The notes: generated by a model from the sequence alone, not told the origin. Counted from the stretch's first letter, positions 18,779 through 29,200 are shown. The stretch: DNA of 64,000 bases from Spirochaetia bacterium (GCA_965203055.1 OZ241863.1:2464001-2528000), one strand, 5' to 3'. Numbers and translations are program-made.

Positions 18779-19138
18779 TCAGGAGGCGTTATGCCTCGGG
18801 CCGCCGTTGTAGACCGGGCCGCCGACATCGTCCCAGAAGGTGAACGCGTTGTCGGTGGCGGTATAACCGGTACCAGTCCAGCGGTAGACGGTCCCGCCGG
18901 CCGCCGCCTCCATCTCGGCCTCGGCGAGCGCCGCCGACGGCGGCAGCACCACATGGCTGGTGTCCTTGACGTCCTCGTGCACCTCGATGGTGAAGCCGTC
19001 GGGTATCGTCACCCCCAGCTCATCCTTGATCGTGGCCTTCGGGTCGGCGAGCAACTGGAAGCGGAACGCTCCGTCCTCGGTCGCCTTCTTCACCAAGCGT
19101 GCCCGCATCTCGGCGACAGTCAGAACTTCGTCACTCAT
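18779..19138 (-). CDS. NHLP (nitrile-hydratase-like leader) RiPP precursor
   Basis: LVKKATEDGAFRFQLLADPKA..ELG..IP..I.VHE..HVVLP..LAEAEMEAAAGG plus 37-aa core; GGGAGG RBS; TTGACA-N18-TATCCT at 19173-19202. Confidence 0.88.
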   Translation of the reverse strand: MSDEVLTVAEMRARLVKKATEDGAFRFQLLADPKATIKDELGVTIPDGFTIEVHEDVKDTSHVVLPPSAALAEAEMEAAAGGTVYRWTGTGYTATDNAFTFWDDVGGPVYNGGPRHNAS

Positions 19139-19221
19139 TACAGGACCTCCCATAGTGTCCGATGATGAAGCAAGGATAGGCTACCGCCGGGCGGCGTGTC
19201 AACGCCCGCACGCTCGGCGGC

Positions 19222-19271
19222 CGCATTTCCAAATTGTAGGTAAAGCGACAGGCCGCTTGGCGGCCCAAGCC
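19222..19271 (-). repeat. Conserved double-hairpin motif, copy 2
   Basis: cgcatttccaaattgtaggtaaagcgacaggccgcttggcggcc. Confidence 0.78.
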
Positions 19272-19325
19272 CAAGTCCAGCGTAAGATGACGTTTCTCGG
19301 CGTTGATTCACCTCTCCGCGTTGAT

Positions 19326-20000
19326 TCACCGGTCTACGCCTTCGGCAGCGGGCGGGGCTGAACGGAACCGTCGCCTGCCGATCCTCGCCGGGGCGGTCGA
19401 ATCCGGCGCCGGCGTGGCGGTAGCGGTGATGGGCGGCGCACAGCAGGCGGAGATTGTTCGGTTCGGCGGCGCCGCCCTGGGCATACGGCACGACGTGATC
19501 GATCTGCAGCAGGTGTTGGGAGCCGCAGCGCCGCCCGCTGGTGCGGTCCACGTAGCTGCAGCGGCCCCGGTCGCGCCGCCCTCCTTCGCTGCCGAAGTTT
19601 CGGTCCGCGCCGGCGGCGCAGCCCGCGCCGCGCCCGCCGTCGCAGCCTGCCGGCCGGGGTGCCGCGTCTTCGGCGCCGAAGTTGTGTCGCCCGCCGGTTT
19701 CACTGCCGGTTTCACCGCCGAAGTGTCCGGGCAGTCCGGGCGGCGGTTCGCCTTCAACGGCGAAGCGGCTTCGTCTCCCGGCTGCGCCGACTGAGCCGAA
19801 ACCTTCGCCGCCGAAGGAGCGGCGCTGTCTGCGCCGCGAGCCGAGGCTGGCTGCGTCTTCGGCGCCGAAGTCTGCTCGGCGCTTTGGCCGGCGCGGCGCG
19901 CCGCCCGCGCGGCGGCCGGGCCGGATCGTGGCGGTCGAGCCCTTCCCGCACCAGCCGCCCCATGAGCTGCCCCAACGTCAGGTGCGGATCGACGTGGGAT
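19326..20000 (-). pseudogene. HNH element remnant (3' half, internal deletion and frameshift)
   Basis: Near-identical DNA to 1982-2665; 5' half absent; RAIPAAVKREVW segment deleted. Confidence 0.85.
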
Positions 20001-20027
20001 CGCCTTGGCGCTCGCTCGCAGCGCACC

Positions 20028-20056
20028 TTGACAATTACCAACTACGCCCTTAACCT
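20028..20056 (+). promoter_or_regulatory. Sigma-70 promoter of the toxin-antitoxin operon
   Basis: TTGACA-N17-TAACCT. Confidence 0.6.
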
Positions 20057-20098
20057 GTCCCGACGAACCAGGACTGTCCACCGACGTTCCGACGGGAA

Positions 20099-20722
20099 GT
20101 GATGATGCCGCGATTTGCTATTCGCTCCATCAAGGAAAACGGGAGATCACGCATTACTGATCCACTCCTGAAGAGATATGAGAAGTACGTACAAAGCATC
20201 GACGATCGCAACGTCGGTATCCTGAAGTTCAGAGAATCAGAGGATATCTCTCTAGCGCGGAAGGCGCTCCGACTTGCCGGCGACGAAATGGACCTTGATC
20301 TGATTATCTGGCGGCCGCGAGGTATCAATGAATTGCAGTTCCGGCTGCGAGACAAGAAACGCTCAGCCATTGAGATGGATCGCTATTCTAGGCATCAAGG
20401 TGGTCTGATGGCTGCGCGCGAAAAGACGGTCAGGATATGGAGGCTTGATCGATCCGAAACAGATCGTATCTTTGACGGATCAAATTCGGTAGTCCACAAG
20501 TGGCGACAACATGGCTTCCTACGGGATGCGATCGCTGATCTTGATGAGGCTACCGACCTGCTCTGCCTCTATCTGAAGCAAGATCGAATACCAAGTGTTG
20601 TGCGTAGACCAATCCCGGCGCGCGATGAAGTTTCGTTGATCGAGATGTTGGAGCGGGGAGACTCGAAGACGCTACTGGCAACATGCCGTGACATGTTCCG
20701 GTTCGAACAGGTCCACGCCTGA
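20099..20722 (+). CDS. Putative antitoxin (Xre/MbcA-like C-terminal half) with extra N-terminal domain
   Basis: AIADLDEATDLL..LKQDRIPSVVRRP; 3 bp upstream of RES gene; lower GC. Confidence 0.6.
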   Translation: MMMPRFAIRSIKENGRSRITDPLLKRYEKYVQSIDDRNVGILKFRESEDISLARKALRLAGDEMDLDLIIWRPRGINELQFRLRDKKRSAIEMDRYSRHQGGLMAAREKTVRIWRLDRSETDRIFDGSNSVVHKWRQHGFLRDAIADLDEATDLLCLYLKQDRIPSVVRRPIPARDEVSLIEMLERGDSKTLLATCRDMFRFEQVHA

Positions 20723-20725
20723 AGG

Positions 20726-21253
20726 ATGCGGCGGGAGAGAATTCGCGACCTTCATACGTGGTGGCGTATCGCCGATCCTTCTTGGCTCCAACCACTCGAT
20801 CCGAGGCACGCGCAGCGACACGGAGGACGCTGGAATCCGCCTAACAGCTTCCCGGTGCTGTACCTCAACGAAGACAAGCGTACGGCACGCCATAATCTCG
20901 CTACTTTCGTCGCTAGACAGCCGTACACGATAGACGAACTCCGTGACGAAATGAGACCCGCTTTGGTGGGCTGCCATCTGCCGCGTAACCAGGAAGTATG
21001 CGACGTCCACTCACCCGCGGGTCTGCGCGCCGTCGGACTTCCGGTCACGTACCCGTGGGAGAATGGCCAGTTGATACCTCACGTTCGCTGTCAGCCCATC
21101 GGCAAGCAGGTAAAGGCGGCGTCCTTGCGCGGTGTTCTTGCCCGTTCGGCGCAGTCTCCGAACGGGCTTGGTCGAGAGCTGGCGTGGTTCCCGGCTACCA
21201 TTCGCTCGCGAGCCCGACAAGTACAGGCGCTGGTGTTCGCGGTATGGTACTAG
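20726..21253 (+). CDS. RES-domain protein (putative NAD+-consuming toxin)
   Basis: WWRIA..GGRWNPPNSFPVLYLNED..RSA. Confidence 0.85.
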   Translation: MRRERIRDLHTWWRIADPSWLQPLDPRHAQRHGGRWNPPNSFPVLYLNEDKRTARHNLATFVARQPYTIDELRDEMRPALVGCHLPRNQEVCDVHSPAGLRAVGLPVTYPWENGQLIPHVRCQPIGKQVKAASLRGVLARSAQSPNGLGRELAWFPATIRSRARQVQALVFAVWY

Positions 21254-21274
21254 CCTGCCGCATACCGCGGCGGC

Positions 21275-22753
21275 CTACCGGGGAGCGTGGGCGTAGGGCC
21301 AGCTCGTGCCGCCGCGGCCGGCGGCGTGCTGCGCTTCGCCGGCCACCAGGGCCGCGCTCAGCCGGTGGATCAGGTGATCGCGCCGGGCGGCGTGGCGGGG
21401 AGCGCTCCACAGGTTGGTGGTCTCCTGGGGGTCCTCGTCCATGTCGTACAACTCCCCTTCCGGGCCGCGGCGGGCCGCCGGGTCCTGGTAGAGCGTCAGC
21501 TTGTAGCGCCCGTCGTGGAACATGGAGGCGTAGATGGGCGGCTCCCACTGTTGCTGGCCTGGTCCGATCCCGGAGTTCCGGTACAGGGTGACGGCGTGGT
21601 CGCGCGCCTGCGGACCGCCGCCGCGCGCCAGGGCCGCCAGGTCCTGCGACTGCGGCATCAACGCCGCGACCTCGGCCGCGGGCATCCCGGCGGCGCGCAG
21701 CAGGGTAGCTGCCAGGTCGTGCGGCTGCACCAGGTCGCGCAGCCGGGCGCCGGCCCGCTCCGCCCCCGGCAGGCGCACGATCAGCGGCACCCGGGTACAG
21801 GGATCGTAGAAGAAGGCGCCCTTCGCGATCAGCTCCAGGTCGCCGATCATGTCGCCGTGGTCGGACACGAACAGGATCAGGGTGTCGCGCATCAGGTCCA
21901 GGCGCTCCAGCTCGGCGAAGATGCGCCCCACCTGCCGGTCGAGGAAGGCGATCGACGCCAGGTAGCCGCGGCGAATCGCGGTGATGTCCTGCTGCCCCGG
22001 CTTCCTGCTCCTGCCCTGCCCGGCGTGGAACGCCTCGCGCTCGCGCGCCACGCCGCTCGGGATCGGCCGGTGGGCTGCGGTGAGCGGCCGCACCGGCGCC
22101 ATCCGCGAGTGGTCCACCAGCTCGCCCGCCTCGAGCGGATAGTCGAAGTAGGGGCCGTGCGGGTCGAACAGGCTCACGTTGAGGAAGAACGGCCGCGCGC
22201 GGTCGCGCTCGCTCAGGAAGGCGATGGCGCGCTCCGCCGCCCAGGTGCTGAAGTGCGCCGCCGCCGGGTGGTGATCCTGCCGCCCGGCCTGCAGCCGCCG
22301 CAGAAACTCAGGGTGGCGCTCGCGCAACCACGCCACGTGGGCGTTGAACGGCGAGTCGAGGTGCGCCTGCGGATCGATGCTCCACTCGTAACGCTGGAAG
22401 CCGTCGTGCGGGTGGCGCTCGACGGACTCCACGGCCCGGCCCGACACGTGCAGCTTGCCCACCAGCGCGGTCTCGTAACCCAGGCCGGCAAGGTGTTCCG
22501 GCAGCAGCACCTGGTCCGCCGGCAAGGTGTCGTGGATGCGATACACGCCGTGGCCCGCCGGCAGCCGGCCGGTCAGCATGCAGGCGCGGCTCGGCGTGCA
22601 GATCGGCACGTTCACGTAGCAGCGCTCGAACACCACCCCGTTCGCGGCCAAGCCGTCGAGCGCCGGCGTGGGAATGGCGCTGCAGCCGTAGCAGCCCAGC
22701 GTGTCCCAGCGCTGCTGGTCGCTCATCAGCAGCAGAATGTTGGGTCGATCCAT
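21275..22753 (-). CDS. Sulfatase
   Basis: PNILLLMSDQQR, CTPSR, GKLH, SDHGDM. Confidence 0.93.
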   Translation of the reverse strand: MDRPNILLLMSDQQRWDTLGCYGCSAIPTPALDGLAANGVVFERCYVNVPICTPSRACMLTGRLPAGHGVYRIHDTLPADQVLLPEHLAGLGYETALVGKLHVSGRAVESVERHPHDGFQRYEWSIDPQAHLDSPFNAHVAWLRERHPEFLRRLQAGRQDHHPAAAHFSTWAAERAIAFLSERDRARPFFLNVSLFDPHGPYFDYPLEAGELVDHSRMAPVRPLTAAHRPIPSGVAREREAFHAGQGRSRKPGQQDITAIRRGYLASIAFLDRQVGRIFAELERLDLMRDTLILFVSDHGDMIGDLELIAKGAFFYDPCTRVPLIVRLPGAERAGARLRDLVQPHDLAATLLRAAGMPAAEVAALMPQSQDLAALARGGGPQARDHAVTLYRNSGIGPGQQQWEPPIYASMFHDGRYKLTLYQDPAARRGPEGELYDMDEDPQETTNLWSAPRHAARRDHLIHRLSAALVAGEAQHAAGRGGTSWPYAHAPR

Positions 22754-22778
22754 AGTGTGCCGGCCGAGCACGGGTGCG

Positions 22779-23615
22779 TTACCGTCCCGCACCGGAGTCG
22801 GCGCCGGGATCATGCCGCCGCGCCAACAGTGCCCGCAGCTCCGCCACCTGCGCTTCCGCCGCATCGCGCGCGGCTTCCGCCTGCTGCCGATCCCGCTCCG
22901 CCTGCTGTCGCGCCTGTCGCTCCTGCTGCCGTTCCTGTTCCGCCTGCTGCCGCGCCTGTCGCTCCTGCTGCCGTTCCTGTTCCGCCTGCTGCCACGCCAG
23001 TTCCGCCCGCTGCCACGCCTCGTTGCTCTCGGTCAGCGTCCTTATGTTCCGTCCCGTCTCAGGGTCGTGAAAGCGTAACTCCCCTTCCTCGATCCACACT
23101 TCCAGCCCCAGCACCGCGCTGTAGATCGCCAGCGTCCCGTCCCCCAGCCGCGTCTCCGCCAGTTCCTCGTACTCCCCGCCCACCAGACTCAAGCCGCGCA
23201 ACGGCGGCTCCAGGTAATCTCCCGTCGGATCGTACTGCCAGTACTCCTGCACGCCCAGTGACTCGTACAACTCCCGCTTTGGCCCCTGGTCGTTGTGCCG
23301 CGTGTGGCACGAGGTGATCTCCATTACGAAGTCGGGACTCTTGCCCTCCTCCCACGCCTTGTACGTCGGCCGGATGTGGTTCGGCACCCCGAACACCACA
23401 AACACGTCGGGTGCTACCGAGGCATCGAAGTTGCCCTCCTGGTAGTAGATCAGCAGGTTCCCGGAGACGTAGACGTCGGGACGGTGGCGGAAGTAGTCGC
23501 GCAGTCCGGCGACCGCGTACATGAGCGGGATGCCCTGGGCATCGGTTTCGGCCAAGGGGACACCGTCCTCGGTGGGGTACTCAATTGCGGCGGGAGCGAG
23601 CGTAGACCTGATCAT
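22779..23615 (-). CDS. Uma2 family PD-(D/E)XK endonuclease with repetitive coiled-coil tail
   Basis: YP.EDG.PLAE, VAPDVFVV, PDFVMEITS, GVQEYWQYDP; QQAEQERQQERQAR repeats. Confidence 0.9.
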   Translation of the reverse strand: MIRSTLAPAAIEYPTEDGVPLAETDAQGIPLMYAVAGLRDYFRHRPDVYVSGNLLIYYQEGNFDASVAPDVFVVFGVPNHIRPTYKAWEEGKSPDFVMEITSCHTRHNDQGPKRELYESLGVQEYWQYDPTGDYLEPPLRGLSLVGGEYEELAETRLGDGTLAIYSAVLGLEVWIEEGELRFHDPETGRNIRTLTESNEAWQRAELAWQQAEQERQQERQARQQAEQERQQERQARQQAERDRQQAEAARDAAEAQVAELRALLARRHDPGADSGAGR

Positions 23616-23686
23616 GGCGACAAATCCCTCCCAAGCGGTAAGATGATAGCATGAGCTGGTCCGCCACGCCAGCGGGATGGCGAGCG

Positions 23687-24200
23687 AATCCGGCGCCGGG
23701 GTCCGCGGCGGCGCAGCCTGCCGGCCGAGGCGCAGTGTCTTCGTCTTCGCCGCCGAAGTCTGCTCTACGCCTTTGGCCCGCGCGGTGCGGCGCCCGCGCG
23801 GCGGCCGGGCCGGGTCGTGGCGGTCGAGCCCTCCCTCACCAGCCGCCCCATGATCTGCCCCAACGTCGCGCCCGCCGCCCAGGGTCGCACCCGATCCGCC
23901 GGCGCGGCCAGCTCCGGGTCCACCTCGGCCAGCAACTGCATCACCTGCCGGCTGCTCTTGCCGGACGCCTGCTCCACCAGCTCCCGCCACGCCTCCGGGT
24001 CCAGCACCAGCGCGGGCGCCGGCTGCCACTCCGCCGGCCGCGCCGGCGCCGAGCCATCCTGTGATCGCGCGGCAAACCCGGACCCTATCCCGCCCGGCGT
24101 GCTGCGCACCGCGCATGCCCGCTTGCGATCCTGCCGGTCGAACGCGTTCTGCAACTGCGCGGCCGCGTTTAGCGTCATCGTATTTGAGTCAGGTTTTGTC
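23687..24200 (-). pseudogene. HNH element remnant (multiple deletions, HNH domain lost)
   Basis: Matches MTLNAAAQLQNAFDRQ..EQASGKSS..EVDPELAAP; tatttgagtcaggtt resembles the 3361 promoter region. Confidence 0.82.
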
Positions 24201-24336
24201 GGCGGTAAGATGTCGCAAGCGGTGTGATTCGGGGGAGTATTACATTACCAGTATTACATTACCAGTCCATTTCGCCGCTGCGCAGCGTCCTAAGACTATG
24301 AAAACGGATCGATGTATCGTAGAGTCGTAGTCGTAG

Positions 24337-24510
24337 CAAGCAGAGTGCGGCAGAAGAGGCCGGTTTCGCTATGGTGCGAGCGAGCCCGAAGACCAGTCTG
24401 GCCGGGATGCCGCTGAGTACCGAAGACTGTAGCCCCGCTAGTCGGGAAGCACGCGGACTAGATTTCCGTAACTACGGTATCCATCGCCGCGCTCTAATTT
24501 GGTTGTTGGG
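24337..24510 (+). ncRNA. Candidate IS110 bridge RNA
   Basis: Several stems; CGGACTAG at 24454-24461 is identical to the element right end 25770-25777. Confidence 0.5.
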
Positions 24511-24518
24511 AGGGTACT

Positions 24519-25760
24519 ATGGAACTGATCTTCCAGTGCTGCTGCGGGATCGATATCCACAAGAAGAACGTCGTGGTCAATCTGCTGCGGCGCGGGGTGG
24601 ACGGCGTACCGGACATCGACGAGGTGCGCAGCTTTGGGACCATGACGGGCGATCTGTTGGAACTGTCGGACTGGCTCAAGCAGGCCGGTTGCAGCCATGT
24701 GGCGATGGAAAGCACGGGAGTCTACTGGAAGCCGATCTTCAACGTGTTGGAGGGAGACTTCGAGTTGCTGCTGGTCAACGCCAAGCATATCAAGACGGTG
24801 CCGGGCCGCAAGACCGACGTGCAGGACTGTCAGTGGATTGCGCAGTTGCTGCAGCATGGACTGTTGGAAGCAAGCTTCATTCCACCCCAGCCGATTCGTG
24901 AATTGCGAGACCTGACACGGCAGCGGCGCAAATTGGTGCGGGAGCGCAGTTCGGTGATCAATCGGATCCAGAAAGTTCTGGAGGACGCCAACATCAAGCT
25001 CGGGTCGGTTGCCTCTGATGTGATGGGCAAGTCGGGCTGGGATATGATTCGAGCGATTATCGCCGGTGAACGCGATCCGCAGCAGCTCGCGGCGTTGGCC
25101 CGGGGCCGACTGAAGGCCAAGCGGGCCGCACTGGAGCAGGCGCTGCAGGGGCGGATCACCGACCACCACACGTTCCTGTTGAAGCAACATCGGGTTCACC
25201 TGGAAATGCTGGATCGTCTGATCGAGACCTACGATCAACGTATCGATCGCCAAGTAAGCCCCTTTCGGGATCATGTGCAACGTCTCGACACCATTCCGGG
25301 AGTGAACGAGATCGGGGCCAAAGAGATTATCGCTGAGATCGGCGTCGACATGGAACAGTTTCCCGATCAACACCACTTGGCGTCATGGGCCGGGGTGTGT
25401 CCGGGCAACAACCGTAGCGCTGGCAAGCAGAAGGGCGGCAAGACCACCAAAGGCAGTCGCTGGCTGCGGGCCACGCTGGGTGAGGCAGCCTGGGCTGCGG
25501 CCCGCACCAAGCACACCTACCTGCAGACTCGCTTTCGGCGCTTGGCCAGCCGCCGAGGCAACAAACGGGCGATCGTGGCGGTGGGTCATCAACTACTTAC
25601 TAGTGCATACTTTATCATCAAGGAGCAGACCACCTACGAAGAACTCGGAGAGGACTTCTACGACATCAATCGGCTCCGTCATCTCAAGCGTTACTTCACC
25701 AAGCGTCTCGAACGCCTCGGCTTCAACGTGCAAATCACGCTAGCCGAATCGGTCGCGTGA
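24519..25760 (+). CDS. IS110 family transposase/recombinase
   Basis: GIDIHK, MESTGVYW, RKTDVQD (DEDD), IPGV, ASWAGVCPGNNRSAGK. Confidence 0.95.
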   Translation: MELIFQCCCGIDIHKKNVVVNLLRRGVDGVPDIDEVRSFGTMTGDLLELSDWLKQAGCSHVAMESTGVYWKPIFNVLEGDFELLLVNAKHIKTVPGRKTDVQDCQWIAQLLQHGLLEASFIPPQPIRELRDLTRQRRKLVRERSSVINRIQKVLEDANIKLGSVASDVMGKSGWDMIRAIIAGERDPQQLAALARGRLKAKRAALEQALQGRITDHHTFLLKQHRVHLEMLDRLIETYDQRIDRQVSPFRDHVQRLDTIPGVNEIGAKEIIAEIGVDMEQFPDQHHLASWAGVCPGNNRSAGKQKGGKTTKGSRWLRATLGEAAWAAARTKHTYLQTRFRRLASRRGNKRAIVAVGHQLLTSAYFIIKEQTTYEELGEDFYDINRLRHLKRYFTKRLERLGFNVQITLAESVA

Positions 25761-25791
25761 GGGGGTTTTCGGACTAGCGTCTGACGGTCGA

Positions 25792-28700
25792 TCAGATGCT
25801 ACTGCCGAGAATGTCGCCGGCGTCGACAGGGCGCGATCTGCCGGGTACCGGAGGGCCGGCGGCGGTGCCGGCGCGGGCTTCGGCGGCGGCGCGGTCGGCG
25901 TTGAGGGCGAGCAGGCGGGCGAGCACTTCGTCGCGGACTTCGTCAGGCCAACGCCAGCGGTACGGCTTCTTCTTGCGGCCCCAGGAGGCTTCGTCGATCT
26001 CGTAGTCGAGGAGCAGGTCGCAGGCGGTCGGAATGTCGCTCCAGCCGTAGGCGTCGAGGACCGCGCGGTCCATGGCGGCGTGCAGCTCGCGCAGTTCGGC
26101 GATGCGCGGGTCGGTCTCGTAGAGGTCGTGGAAGCGGTTGTATATCTTGGTCATGCCCTCGTTATTGTCAACCATGAGCGCGGCGCGGTACTCGTAGTAT
26201 GCTTTGCCGGCGGCTTCGAGGGTGGGATGAGTGTCCCAGCCTTCCGGGAACGGGAAAGTCTCGAAGCAGTCAGAGAGAGTGTAGCGCAGATCGTCCTTCA
26301 TCGACGAACCGAAGAAGTGCGCCCAGATTTCGTGGGTGCGGGACTGGAGGGCGCAGAATACGGCGTAAGTCTGATAAGGATATACGTTCAAAGTAATCGC
26401 GCACACGTTGCCGACAGGTAGGAAGGCGAACTGGATGATCGCACTAACCTGAGAGTTGACCAATATCCGTTCCGATCCTGCAATGGCTGCATGCAGGTCC
26501 TTGGCTCGGTGCATAAATTGCCACCACACCGCGGCGCGGCGGCCGCGGCTCGATATGCTTCGCTGTGCCAGTGTCAAGCGAGACGGCTTTACCCTCTCCT
26601 CCAGGATCATTACGGGAAGATAACCTCGCGGTTGCGCGGGTCGGCCTCGATCAGCCGGCGCATCTCGGCGAGCGGTAACGCGACTCCTTTCTTGTCGGTA
26701 TCGTCGAAGGTGAATCCCATGCCGAGAACGTCGTTTCCTCGGAAGCTCTTGCCTGCATTGGCGGCTAGCCGAGCGGGGTCGGAGTTACCGCCCCGATGGT
26801 ACAAGAACGCGGTGATATTATCGACGTTCACGCCGTCAAGCACTAAGTCTCTGAGAATCTGACCCTTGACGATATGGATTACGCTTACTACTACTGCCGC
26901 GTCGCCAGGCCATCTGACCCGCTTGGTGGCGCGGTAGATATGACCGCCATGCTCGCATATCCAGCGCAGCCCGCTGGATCGGGTATCTCCTTGAGCGATG
27001 GTGTTCGTAGCGATCAATCCGAGTGTCCCGCCGTTTCGTAACAAATCGAAGGCGCGCCGGTAGAAGTGCGCAACCACGTCACACTTGCCGGCGCTTCCGG
27101 GATGTTGAGTGCGGAGCCAGTCCGTGTAATGACTCAGGTTGCTTTCGACTACGGTAACCTGACCCGCGAACGGCGGGTTGCCGACGAAGCCGTCGAAGCC
27201 GGGGTTCTCCCGCTCGAACACCTCGGGAAACTCGATCTCCCAGTGAAACGGCGCGAACGGCATCTCGGCGTGGCGCCGCGCCTGCCGCGTCAGAATCGCT
27301 TCCTGATACGCCTCCAGGCGTGCCGCGCGCTCCTTCGGCTTCGAGCCCTCGAAGAACGCCGCCAGCGTCAGATCGCCGAACCGCCGCACCTCGGCCAGCG
27401 CGTCCTGCGCGCAGCGCCACAGCGCCTGCAACTGCCGGTCGGTCACGGTGTCGTCCGCTTCCCGAATCCGGCGCCGCAACTCCGATGCCGCCGCCAGTTT
27501 CTCGCGCACCCCGAAGCCGGCCAGGATCGGCTGCCCGCCCTGCCAGTGTAGCGCTTCGAGCTGCCGCCGCGTCAGCCCGACGAGCGAATCGCCGCGGCGG
27601 AAGGCGTGGTCCACGAAGGTGAACGGATGGTCGCGCGCCAGCGTGCTCAGCCACAGCGACACCTTGGCCAGGTCCACCGCCATCGGGTTGCGGTCGATGC
27701 CGTACAGACACCGCTGCGCCACCAGCCGGCGCGCGAAGGTCACTTGGTCCTCATCCGACGGAACGTCGGGCGTGGCGCCGTGCGCGCCCCATGCCTCGAT
27801 CAGCGCGTCGGCCAACTGGCGGCAGGTCTCCACCAGAAACGCCCCCGATCCCATCGCCGGATCGCAGATCTTGAGATCGAGGACCTGCTCCGGGCGCGGC
27901 GGGCCGCCGTCCTCGCCGCGCAGCCGGTCCAGCAGCGGCGCCAGGGTGTGGCGCACGATCGGCTCGGTCAGCTCGCGCGGCGTGTAGTGCGAGCCGGAAC
28001 GGCGCCGCTCCTCGTTGGGCTGCAGCACCAGCCCGCCGCGCGGCACCAGGTCCGGGTCGAACAGCGCCCCGCGGCGCTCCGGCAGACTTACCGCGCCGCC
28101 GCGGCCCGCCGGTATTCCGTCGTGGAGCAGGCGAAACAGCACCACCAACTGCGCCCAGGCGCCGTAGCGCTGGTCCATCGTGTCCGGGTAGGCCGCAGCG
28201 TCCTTGCGCAGCCGCCGGTAGAGGCCGCCCAGCAAGTAGTGGCGCGCGAAGGTCTCGTCCTTTGGCAGCAGGCCGCGCTCCTCGGCGTACAGCAGGAACA
28301 CCAGCCGCAGGATCACGGTGAGCAGCCCGCGGTAGATGGCGTTGCGGTCCCCGCCGGCGGCCAGCGGCTCGCTCAGCAGCGCGCCGTCGGTGGCGGCATG
28401 GGCGTTCTGGAAGCCGCGCACCAGTTCGTACAGCGCGTGCAGCACCTGCTCGGCGAGGCGCTCGGAGACCTCGTTCTGGTAGATGCGGCTGTCGGCCAGC
28501 ACGGCGGTGAGGCGCTCATGGCGCGGCAGCGCCAGCAGCCGCTGTTCGGACAGAAGCAGGTGCAGGGCGGAGCAGAGCGGGCGCCCGGCGGTGTGAGCAG
28601 GTCGGCGAAGCGGAAATCCATCCAGCCGGAACTCTCCCCGTGCGGGGCGGAGATCAGGCGCAGCGCAACGCCGTTGACCAGCACGCCGGCGCGCACCCCG

Positions 28701-29200
28701 GTGGCGCGCAGCAGGCGTTCGGCGCGCCCCTGGGCGGATGCGTCCAGCCCGCCGCGGCCGGGCGCCGGGCGGTCGAACTCCTGGCCGGCGGCCAGCACCT
28801 GCACCAGCAGTTGCCACGGCGAGTCGCCACTCGCCGGATCGCGTTCGCGCACCGCGAAGTCGGGGCGCAGGGTCTCGCCGTAATCGGGCAGCGGCAGCGT
28901 GAGCTCTTCAGGGATCGGAGTCTCTTCAGTGAAGCCGGCGTAGCCCCGGGGCGAGAATCCCCAGCCGAGCACTGCGGCGGCGAACTCGCGGAAGTCGCGG
29001 ATGCACGGCTGCGGGTTGCCGCCCGGAGCGAGCTCGCGTTCCCCGGTGCAGCCGGCGAGCAGCGCCTGCCGGTGGGTATCCTGGCGGTTGACGAACGCGC
29101 CCGCCTTGAGCAGCGCCGGCGGCGACACCACCAGGCCGTGCGGCTGGATGTAGCCCAGCCATTCCAGATGCGCGCGCGTGTTCGGATCAGATGCAGGCAT
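25792..29200 (-). pseudogene. Fragmented type IIG (Eco57I-like / DISARM DrmMI-like) N6-adenine methyltransferase
   Basis: Three ORF pieces (frameshift near 28590, stop at 26610); GSHYTP, DPAMGSGAF, GNPPF, CFETFPFP motifs. Confidence 0.82.

Larger units (their letters stand above)
24337..25777 (+). mobile_element. IS110 family insertion sequence (left end uncertain)
   Basis: Transposase plus ~180-nt structured 5' non-coding region and short 3' end; TAG at both inferred junctions. Confidence 0.7.

Noticed and set aside
19301..19331. Direct repeat GTTGATTCACC as a target-site duplication
   Set aside because: Both copies lie on the same side of the HNH remnant, so it is a local duplication.
22779..24116. 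445-aa extended Uma2 ORF
   Set aside because: The N-terminal part is out-of-frame HNH remnant; SD and homology point to ATG 23615.
24236..24267. Tandem AGTATTACATTACC duplication
   Set aside because: Only two units in a degraded AT-rich spacer; no function supportable.
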